DNA from: a virus
Taxonomy: Duplodnaviria; Heunggongvirae; Uroviricota; Caudoviricetes
Virus record (IMG/VR): IMGVR_UViG_2698536317_000003
Strand: one strand, 5' to 3'
Length of the DNA stretch: 56,811 bases
Each line of letters opens with the position of its first letter. The stretch's first letter is position 1. The notes beneath the pieces are model-generated. The model saw nothing but the letters and a program-made list of their open reading frames with translations, had not been told where the DNA came from and did no database searches. Shown in pieces: positions 1-8,600 of the stretch. Both the position numbers and the translations under genes were made by a program.

Positions 1-1446
1 ATGAGTATGTCATCCATACCGTCGTCCTCCCAATCCGGGAAGCTCTATGGCTGGGTCGAAAGAATTGGTAACAAGGTTCCCCATCCTTTTTTGCTCTTTA
101 TCTATTTGATAATCGTACTCATGGTGACGACGGCAATTTTGTCAGCCTTTGGCGTCAGTGCGAAAAACCCGACCGATGGTACGCCGGTGGTGGTGAAAAA
201 CCTGCTCAGTGTGGAAGGATTACACTGGTTTTTACCCAATGTGATTAAAAACTTTAGCGGTTTTGCTCCACTTGGAGCGATCCTGGCGCTGGTTTTAGGT
301 GCCGGTCTGGCGGAGCGCGTCGGCTTACTGCCAGCGCTAATGGTTAAAATGGCATCGCATGTTAATGCCCGCTACGCCAGTTATATGGTGCTGTTTATTG
401 CTTTTTTCAGCCACATTTCTTCCGATGCGGCGTTAGTGATCATGCCACCGATGGGTGCGCTGATTTTTCTGGCGGTGGGCAGGCATCCAGTTGCAGGTTT
501 ACTGGCTGCCATTGCAGGCGTAGGTTGCGGCTTTACGGCTAATTTACTGATTGTCACAACCGACGTGTTGCTGTCGGGGATCAGCACGGAAGCGGCGGCT
601 GCGTTCAATCCGCAAATGCACGTCAGTGTAATTGATAACTGGTATTTTATGGCCAGCTCCGTAGTCGTACTGACGATTGTTGGCGGCCTGATAACCGACA
701 AAATCATCGAGCCACGATTAGGTCAATGGCAGGGAAACAGCGATGAGAAACTGCAGACATTGACCGAAAGTCAGCGTTTTGGTTTACGCATAGCAGGTGT
801 CGTATCGCTACTTTTTATTGCTGCGATCGCGCTGATGGTGATCCCGGAAAACGGGATATTGCGCGATCCGATTAATCACACCGTGATGCCATCACCCTTT
901 ATTAAAGGTATCGTGCCACTGATCATTCTTTTTTTCTTTGTTGTCTCGCTGGCTTATGGCATCGCTACCCGCACAATTCGACGTCAGGCGGATTTACCGC
1001 ATTTAATGATTGAACCGATGAAAGAGATGGCGGGATTTATCGTGATGGTTTTTCCCCTCGCCCAATTTGTCGCCATGTTTAACTGGAGCAACATGGGGAA
1101 ATTCATCGCCGTGGGGCTGACCGATATACTGGAAAGTTCAGGGCTTAGCGGCATACCGGCGTTTGTCGGTCTGGCGTTGCTTTCCTCTTTCTTATGCATG
1201 TTTATTGCCAGCGGTTCCGCAATCTGGTCGATTCTGGCCCCCATTTTCGTACCAATGTTTATGCTACTTGGCTTTCACCCGGCATTTGCGCAAATCCTCT
1301 TTCGTATTGCCGACTCATCCGTATTGCCTTTAGCGCCGGTATCTCCTTTTGTCCCACTGTTTCTTGGATTCCTGCAACGCTACAAACCAGACGCGAAACT
1401 GGGTACTTACTATTCGTTAGTCTTGCCCTATCCGCTTATCTTTTGA
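1..1446 (+). CDS. abgT: AbgT-family transporter (p-aminobenzoyl-glutamate transporter-like); host gene flanking the prophage, C-terminus possibly altered
   Basis: 481-aa polytopic membrane ORF starting at window position 1; sequence recalled as AbgT-like; ORF ends about 150 bp before phage tail-fibre gene. Confidence 0.7.
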   Translation: MSMSSIPSSSQSGKLYGWVERIGNKVPHPFLLFIYLIIVLMVTTAILSAFGVSAKNPTDGTPVVVKNLLSVEGLHWFLPNVIKNFSGFAPLGAILALVLGAGLAERVGLLPALMVKMASHVNARYASYMVLFIAFFSHISSDAALVIMPPMGALIFLAVGRHPVAGLLAAIAGVGCGFTANLLIVTTDVLLSGISTEAAAAFNPQMHVSVIDNWYFMASSVVVLTIVGGLITDKIIEPRLGQWQGNSDEKLQTLTESQRFGLRIAGVVSLLFIAAIALMVIPENGILRDPINHTVMPSPFIKGIVPLIILFFFVVSLAYGIATRTIRRQADLPHLMIEPMKEMAGFIVMVFPLAQFVAMFNWSNMGKFIAVGLTDILESSGLSGIPAFVGLALLSSFLCMFIASGSAIWSILAPIFVPMFMLLGFHPAFAQILFRIADSSVLPLAPVSPFVPLFLGFLQRYKPDAKLGTYYSLVLPYPLIF

Positions 1447-1529
1447 ATGGGTGGGCTGGCGAAAAACTAATTTGTATTCAACATTTTATGTTTTGTTTTG
1501 TTTTTGATTTATCAATTTGGTCACTATTT

Positions 1530-1563
1530 GGTACACAAAAAGAAACGAGGCGTTAGCCTCGTT
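1530..1563 (-). terminator. Rho-independent terminator downstream of tail-fibre gene
   Basis: Hairpin AACGAGGC-GTTA-GCCTCGTT; on the minus strand it is followed by TTTCTTTTTGTGT. Confidence 0.6.
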
Positions 1564-1594
1564 TCGCGCGGCGATGTTCTGCGCACATCACCTC

Positions 1595-4264
1595 TTATTT
1601 TTCGCTTCCAGTCAACTTACTGACAAGCGCTTCAAGTTTTGCGATACGCTCATCCATTGCGGCAATGTTGGCGCGTAGGCTGGCGTTTTCTTCTTCCAGT
1701 TCGGTTACGCGGTTATCCGTTTCGCGTGCCACCTGGACAAGTAAACCAGTCACTGCGGCGTAGTCAACATTGAGGTAACGCGTTTCCTCGCGTAACTCGT
1801 TGCCGTCAGTGGTCGGGCCTTGTAACGCTTCACCGTAATGAGTAAACGATCCCACAGCTTCCGGCAGCGCCTCCATTACCTCCTGAGCGATAACGCCAGC
1901 GTAAGGCAGGCCGTTTTCCTTGAGGGTGTAGGTGTACCCGTTCATTTTACGGATGGCTTCAGTTGCATCACCTATAACCTGAATGTTGTCTTTTAAGTCC
2001 CTGTCTGATGATTGGGTAACTGAAGTGCATGTGATAGTGCCTTCAACCGCAAGCGAAGCAGAACCATCGGAAAGGTATTTAGCCACAAACAGCGTTTTTA
2101 ATGATGTTTGTGCGCCGTTTGTATCAACAGCTTTAACCTCATAATTCAGCGGGGATGATGAACCGCCCCATGTCATCACCTGTACGTTTGCCGAGGTTGT
2201 TGCGTAAGCAATATGCCTTATGAAACGTGTGTGCGTGCTATCAAAGATATAATGACCACTAAAATGATTGTCTGCTGTCCATACGTTTGCTGTATTAAGC
2301 GTTGCAAGTTGACACCAATCCTTGATCGTTCCATTTTCAATACTTCTTGCATAGAATGATGAGTTGCGCCCGGCGAACTGGGTAGCATAGTTACCGCTAA
2401 AGGTGACATGAAAACCACCCGCAACGCCAATACCCAAAGGACCATTGTCACTGCCTGCGATTGGCTTAAACTTCTCTACAGCATCCGTATGCTGATCGTT
2501 CCAGTTTTGCCCAGCATTTATGGCGTAACCTTTAGATGATCCTATCAGGCCATTTATGGTTAGTTTGGGCATCGTCATTGATATGTCTTCACCAACGGTA
2601 ATTCCGTTAAACAGACCTACGCGAGCACCACTACAAATATAATGGAGTCCTTCAGTTGTTGCAGAATAAAAACCACAACGCCCCATTCTGAAATCAAACA
2701 TAACCTGTAGGTTTTTATATGAACCTAAGGGGTCTGATACACCCCACGGTATGATCGTTTCTGTATCTTTACCACTATTATATACAACCTGGGCGGTTGG
2801 TACTTGTACTGTTACGCCCACAGGCAAGCGCATTTTAATAGGGAATGCCCTTGCTTCAACAAAAACAAAGAGCAGGTTATCTTTGTCTTTGCTGGAACTA
2901 CAGATAGAATGTAAAGCGATTTCTTTGTCGGTATAACGATTGTAAAAACCGTAACCTGCATCCTTTCTGTCACTCCACCCGCCAGTCCTTACATACCCGG
3001 AAAAGGTGTTACAGTTCATTGGGTAATTACCAGCGCCAGACACTGTAACAATATCGATCTGATAGCCAGTCAGGTAAGCGTTGTAATAATTGGCGTTTAT
3101 AATTATAGGGTAATACTTACCATCCTCAACGCCTTCCGGGGCTTCGATTGTTATTATCTCGCCACCGCCTATGGTTGGGATATTGATGTTTCTCCTTGTC
3201 TGTTCAGCGTTTTTAGGTTTGAAAGAGTCGGCTATAAATTCGCCGTTTATGTTGAGGCTTGCGTATTTGCTCACGCCGCCAGATCTTAAATGCATTGTTA
3301 ACTGGTCTGGCGAAGAAAGGTTTGTCTCAGGGTATAGTGCACCATAAATACGCTCCGATCCTGATGTACCAACCAAAACGCTGGAAAGAATACCTCCCGC
3401 AACCCATCCGGTAGTCACGTCAGTAGCTCTTTTTAGCGATACATTAGCAAACTGAGGACTATTTGAAGACCCAACGCCCAGGTTTGTTCTTGCTGTGTCT
3501 GCATCTCCTGCACCAGTGCCGCCAGCAGAAATTGAAAGCGGTAGATATTTACTAGCCTCTGAGTCGAAACAACCCCACGTTCCTGAATCATAGACGGTAA
3601 GGAATTTATTTGCGTTTTGAGAGCATACGCGTGTTTCTCCTGTTCTTTGAATAAGCCTGTTTACTTCATCCTTGCGTGCGTGACGTGTCCAGTTCGGTCC
3701 TGATGTTGCGACCCATGTGTAAGTATAAAGTGATCGCGTAGACCAACCGACAAAGACGCCTGCATACGAAGGCGATGTATCCTGCTGACAGATAAATCCA
3801 CTCAAAAATGATTCACCAGCCGCTACGGAAGGAAAACCCTTAGTCGTTTCCTTTATGCGCAAAAAGCCAACGTAAGAAGACGGATTGCCTGATATATCGA
3901 CGCAATCTCGCGGCTCTGGACCCAAGCCAATATTGCTGCCATCTATTGCGCTTGATATTTCATCTTCCTTTTCCTGATAAAAACGAAGCGTTTCTGCTAC
4001 ATCCTGGGCAAGTCCATCAACTGAGATCGAGTCAGAAAGCAGAATGCTAAATTTTGTCCCGGCGGCGATTGCGGGGTTAGCCGCTGGCGTTACTGACAGT
4101 TCAGTACCGCTCTTGATTTCTGTGATGGTAAAGATCTGAATGGGGTTGCTAATAGCAATAAGCGTGCAACCTACACGAATGAGAGAAAGCGGCGCGGAGA
4201 AGTTTGTGCCCGTGCCTTTAACAGTATTGCCGTTGATGGCAATTGTTCCAGTTGTGTAAATCAT
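1595..4264 (-). CDS. Phage tail fibre protein with C-terminal intramolecular-chaperone (peptidase S74-like) domain and terminal coiled coil
   Basis: 889-aa ORF; C-terminal region contains SSDRDLKDNI-type Ser/Lys motif and heptad-rich tail (ELEEENASLRANIAAMDERIAKLEALV) typical of auto-cleaving tail fibre/endosialidase chaperone domains. Confidence 0.65.
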   Translation of the reverse strand: MIYTTGTIAINGNTVKGTGTNFSAPLSLIRVGCTLIAISNPIQIFTITEIKSGTELSVTPAANPAIAAGTKFSILLSDSISVDGLAQDVAETLRFYQEKEDEISSAIDGSNIGLGPEPRDCVDISGNPSSYVGFLRIKETTKGFPSVAAGESFLSGFICQQDTSPSYAGVFVGWSTRSLYTYTWVATSGPNWTRHARKDEVNRLIQRTGETRVCSQNANKFLTVYDSGTWGCFDSEASKYLPLSISAGGTGAGDADTARTNLGVGSSNSPQFANVSLKRATDVTTGWVAGGILSSVLVGTSGSERIYGALYPETNLSSPDQLTMHLRSGGVSKYASLNINGEFIADSFKPKNAEQTRRNINIPTIGGGEIITIEAPEGVEDGKYYPIIINANYYNAYLTGYQIDIVTVSGAGNYPMNCNTFSGYVRTGGWSDRKDAGYGFYNRYTDKEIALHSICSSSKDKDNLLFVFVEARAFPIKMRLPVGVTVQVPTAQVVYNSGKDTETIIPWGVSDPLGSYKNLQVMFDFRMGRCGFYSATTEGLHYICSGARVGLFNGITVGEDISMTMPKLTINGLIGSSKGYAINAGQNWNDQHTDAVEKFKPIAGSDNGPLGIGVAGGFHVTFSGNYATQFAGRNSSFYARSIENGTIKDWCQLATLNTANVWTADNHFSGHYIFDSTHTRFIRHIAYATTSANVQVMTWGGSSSPLNYEVKAVDTNGAQTSLKTLFVAKYLSDGSASLAVEGTITCTSVTQSSDRDLKDNIQVIGDATEAIRKMNGYTYTLKENGLPYAGVIAQEVMEALPEAVGSFTHYGEALQGPTTDGNELREETRYLNVDYAAVTGLLVQVARETDNRVTELEEENASLRANIAAMDERIAKLEALVSKLTGSEK

Positions 4265-4423
4265 CGCAATGACTCCATTATGTTAATTAACGGAATAATT
4301 CTACCATTTTGTGATCTTTGTTGCATTTTCTGCTTACACAAAATGTATTTGTTGATTTATGTCAATGTTGCGTAAATGCGGTTTATGGATACTACAAACA
4401 ACGAAACAACGGAGGGTAAGACA

Positions 4424-4663
4424 ATGAAAGGCTTTAAAAATATAGCTATCGCTGCAATGGTTGCTGGTCTGGTTGGTTGTGCTGATATGCCGAAACGTGA
4501 ATGCACGGCAACTTACCAAACTGGCGGTAATGAGTATGCGGTTGCAGTCTTCGGTGTCGCGGATGTTGGCGGTCATAAAATGGTTAAGGCCGGGTATCCG
4601 TTTAACTTCCAATGGGTAAGCGTTGACAACTTCAATAAAACGGATTGCCCGGAACTAAATTAA
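4424..4663 (+). CDS. Small lipoprotein (signal peptide plus lipobox LVGC), opposite strand to tail genes; candidate Cor/Llp-like superinfection-exclusion protein
   Basis: GGAGGG RBS 8 nt before ATG at 4424; MKGFKNIAIAAMVAGLVGC signal/lipobox. Confidence 0.55.
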   Translation: MKGFKNIAIAAMVAGLVGCADMPKRECTATYQTGGNEYAVAVFGVADVGGHKMVKAGYPFNFQWVSVDNFNKTDCPELN

Positions 4664-5292
4664 TCATAGGCATCGGTTTTGATGGCGGTTATGGCGTTAC
4701 CGTGGTTTATATAGCCAGTAGGATTATATACGCCACCAGCCGTAACGCCATAGATTCTTGTTTTGCTGCCGTTATAGTATGCGGCAGCATAAATAGACGC
4801 TGAACCTTGCCCAACAACCGCGCCCAACAATTGCGGGCAAATTGCGTATGATCCTGAAAGTGTCTGATCTATATTTATACCCCCACTATTACCTGGTGAA
4901 CCGACTGTAACAATGTCCGTTAATATTCTTGATTCATTAGTTAGCACCAGTTCCCCCGAAGCGTTCCAGATAGCCATGCCCCACTTAGGGAGCGAAGGTG
5001 GGAAAATAGAAAACACATATACAGTAGCAGTATAGGTATTCTTAGTGTCCCTACCAAAAGCGCAAAGTATCTGCCCAGAGTTGGCCCTGCTAACGCTTGC
5101 TGTGACACCGCCTATACTTGTTTTTACGAATACCATTACAGGCTTGTTTGTTGGGACTGCAATGTATCTTGATGTGTTTTGCGTTGGTGGGCAAGAAATA
5201 TCTTGCCTTGTGTATAGACATATGGGCGTCGCTTCCGGTGTAACGAAAATATTCCCGTTACTTAATCTTAAATAAGCTCCGAATGTTGCCAT
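4660..5292 (-). CDS. Hypothetical tail-associated protein (MATFG paralogue, 210 aa)
   Basis: ORF between J and tail fibre; shares N-terminal MATFG motif with upstream neighbour. Confidence 0.4.
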   Translation of the reverse strand: MATFGAYLRLSNGNIFVTPEATPICLYTRQDISCPPTQNTSRYIAVPTNKPVMVFVKTSIGGVTASVSRANSGQILCAFGRDTKNTYTATVYVFSIFPPSLPKWGMAIWNASGELVLTNESRILTDIVTVGSPGNSGGINIDQTLSGSYAICPQLLGAVVGQGSASIYAAAYYNGSKTRIYGVTAGGVYNPTGYINHGNAITAIKTDAYD

Positions 5293-5603
5293 TAAGCCGC
5301 CTCCGCAAATATAACAATTTCACACTGTGATGCGGGCCATATATTGGCTCCTACTGTATTACCTGCCGATGAAATTGATACGGTTCCGCCAGAAATTGTA
5401 ATCCTTCTACGCGTCGTTGATAACGTACCATGATCAAGCGTCATGCCGTATGATAATTTGCATCCGGTAGGAACGGTAAAGCTATATGTGCCTGATACTT
5501 GTCCTGAGGATAGCGAAATATAACCAACAACTACTGAAGGTTTGATTCCGTAGTTATTTGGATTTCCGTTGGCATCCCAGGTGGCTATGCCGAAAGTAGC
5601 CAT
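5292..5603 (-). CDS. Hypothetical tail-associated protein (MATFG paralogue, 103 aa)
   Basis: ORF immediately downstream of J; N-terminus MATFGIATWDANGN. Confidence 0.4.
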   Translation of the reverse strand: MATFGIATWDANGNPNNYGIKPSVVVGYISLSSGQVSGTYSFTVPTGCKLSYGMTLDHGTLSTTRRRITISGGTVSISSAGNTVGANIWPASQCEIVIFAEAA

Positions 5604-5654
5604 AATTGCACCTCCTTAATAAAACTGAGGCCGAACAAATTCGGCCCCTTAATT

Positions 5655-8600
5655 TTACCATGATCCGGTAATTCGTCCAATTTGGACGCGCAACCTACCG
5701 TTTCCATCCCTAACGGAAATGGTTGTATTTGTTAGTTTCATCGCGCCCTCACCACTTACAGAACCGTAGTTTTCAAATGTGCCTGATTTATCCAGCTTCC
5801 AGCCTGTGCTATTGGAAACATAGTTGTTTGATTGAATGTATGAACCAATTTTTGCATTAGTGATTGACGCGTCTTTAATAAACGCCTCGCGCACATACAT
5901 TGCACCGTTAGACACATAGAAAGGCGTTGTATATGTGCCGTTTGCTGCGGTCATCAATACGAAGCGGTCAACAAGGAAGATACACTGCGATTGAACGTTA
6001 GTACCGTTTCCAGTCAGCCCAAGCGACATACCTGTTGCATACTTCATGCCGTTGTTGTCGGTTGCCAGCTTGATGGAATACGTCGCATCGACATTACCTT
6101 TGAAGTCGGTTAACGCTTTTGACGTCGTTTCTATCGCTGTTGTGTTCCCGTTAACGGTCACTGTTAGCTGATCGATTTTGCTTGATAATGCCTCGTCAGC
6201 CGTTGCCATAGACTGTGACCATTCTGTAATACTTGAGTTTACGGAATCGAAAGACGCTGAGATCTGGACGAATTTTTCAGCGCTTGATGCTTCATGCGTA
6301 GAAAGCGCCGTTGATACCTCAGACACCTTCGAGTTAATCGTACTGGTAAGCGATGAGTTAAGGCTACTTATCGCGTCAGTGCGTGCCTTCGTTTCGTCTG
6401 CAATTGCCTTGTCAATACGGGTCACGTTGCTTGTAACTTTGCCATCAAGGGTTGAAATTGACGCATTCACGCCACTGATGGCTTGTGCTCTGGCGCTGGC
6501 CTCATCAGCAATCGCCTGGTCCAGTCTGCTAACTTCGGATTCAGTGTTGCTTTCGAGGGTGTTAATGCTCGCATTCACTCCACTGATAGCTTCGGTTCTT
6601 GCGCTGGTTTCGTTGGCAATAGCCTGATCCAAACGTTTAACGCTGGCGTCGGTTTTCTTGTCGAGCGCTGAAATGCTTGCGTTAACGTCGCTCACTGCCT
6701 GGCTGCGTGCGCTGGTTTCGTCGGCGATGGCCTGATCAAGGCGGGAAACACTCGCTTCGGTTTTCTTATCAAGATCCGTGATCGATGCTTTTACCACGCT
6801 AACCGCTTCCGCTGTAGCCTTTTTCTCTTCAGCGATAACATTGTCAATACGGTCAATTTGCGCGTTGGTTTCTTTGCGTCCTTTCTTGTATTGGGCAGTA
6901 AGAGTAACACGCGTGTTGGTTTGAGCGATTGAGTTGTTAATCAGAGCAATCGAGGCGTTTTGCAGGCTTGCTTTGGTCTGGCTTATTTCGTCGCTGTTCT
7001 TGTCAACGTTGTTTTCAACCTTACCCAGTTCGGCGCTGATTCCAGATATAGCCTGCGCACGGGCGCTTGACTCGTCAGCAATAGCCTGGTCCAAGCGTTT
7101 GACGCTGGCGTTTGTGTTACTTTCGAGCGTTGTTAAATCAGCTTTGACCTCTGTTATTGCGTCGCTTCTTGCCTGAGTTTCGTCAGATATTGCCTTATCG
7201 AGTCTGCTCACGCTGGCGTCGGTTTTGCTTTCAAGATTGCTTATTGAGGCATTAACGCCGCTGATTGCCTGCGCACGGGCGCTTGATTCGTCGGCAATTG
7301 CTTGATCAAGACGGTTCACGCTGGCGTCAGTTTTCTTGTCAAGATCAGCGATCGATGCGTTCACGTTATTAATTGCTTCTGCGCGGGCGCTTGATTCGTC
7401 TGCCACTGCGCGTTCCACGCTGGAGATCTGACCCTTAAGGTTGGAATCCATCGTGTTCATTTCTGCCGTGATGGTTTTCAGCGATTCAGCCGTGGCCCGC
7501 TTCTCTTCGGCAATAACGTTGTCGATGCTGTCAATCTGCGCGTTTGTTTCTGATTGCCATTTCTTGTACTGTGCAGTGAGCGTAACCCGCGTGTTGGTCT
7601 GCGCGAGAGAGTTATTAATCAGCGCCAAAGATGCGTTTTGCAGGCTTGCTTTTGCTTGCGCCAGTTCGCTGTCGATTCTTTCGCTGGATACCTCTAGCGA
7701 GTCAATCCTTACCTCATGTTGCCCAATACCATCGGTGTTTTCACCAACCTTTTTATAAAGATCTTCCGTCTCTTTTTTCAGCGTGTCAGTGTCAGCTTTT
7801 ATTTCACCTGTTTCTGTGATTAAGCTGTCAGTGTCAGTCCTCAATTCGTCAGTGATGTTTGTCAGGTTGTCAGTTGCAGTTTTTAGGTTGTCAGTAGCGT
7901 TTTTAAGGTCATTTGTGGCGCTTTCGATAAGGTCGGCACGGTCGCCAAGATCTTTAATGTCGCCAATCATGTCCTTGAACTGTTCTGACTCCATGACATC
8001 CTTCATCACGTAGTCGCTGATTTCGTCGAAGTTTTCAGTCGGTTTTCCTGATGCCTCAACGAAGTCTGACACACCGAAAGCGTTACGCGTGCGCACATAA
8101 ACGTAATATTTATGGCCCGTGTTCATGCCGCCAAAAGTCCATTGGTAGCCTCGCCCGGTGAATTGCGCCAAAGTTGTTACTTTTGACGGGTCAGTGATCT
8201 GATTTTCACCTGAGTAGTAAAACTCATATGCTGTATCAGTTGTCAGGGTTGTTTTGCTGATCGGATACACTGTTGCCTGGAAAACGCCAGGAACCCAATT
8301 AACACCAATCGGGGCGGCTGGCGCACCAATGACCAGATCCACAATACTTTCCGCACCCTTCATGCCAGTGTCATTACGCCCGCGAATACCAAGCGTGTAG
8401 CTGCCAGCGTCGAGGCCATAAAAATCATAGCGGTAGTTCGTGGTTTCATAAGTTGCCACTACACGCCCATCGGCGTTATATACGCGAATTTCAAAGGTCA
8501 GGCGATGCGTTGTTGTCTGTGTTTCCCACGTTGCGCGACATTGAACAGTTTCAGAACCAACATTTAACACCTTCAGGTTTTCGATGTTCGGCACGCGGAA

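Noticed and set aside
1194-1556. 120-aa plus-strand ORF overlapping the 3-prime end of the transporter gene
   Set aside because: Alternative frame of the better-supported transporter ORF; it only hints at the native frame near the insertion junction.
6290-7700. Possible CRISPR array suggested by periodic repeats
   Set aside because: The repeats are in-frame coding repeats within J with no unique-spacer architecture and no cas genes. The 227-bp duplication at 32316-32769 is likewise a simple two-copy tandem duplication.
6178-7758. Several long plus-strand ORFs (6178-6627, 6483-6671, 6934-7176, 7441-7758) antisense to the J-like gene
   Set aside because: They lie wholly inside the repeat-rich J coding region on the opposite strand, encode Ser/Ala/Leu-rich low-complexity sequence typical of shadow frames, and have no RBS or synteny support.
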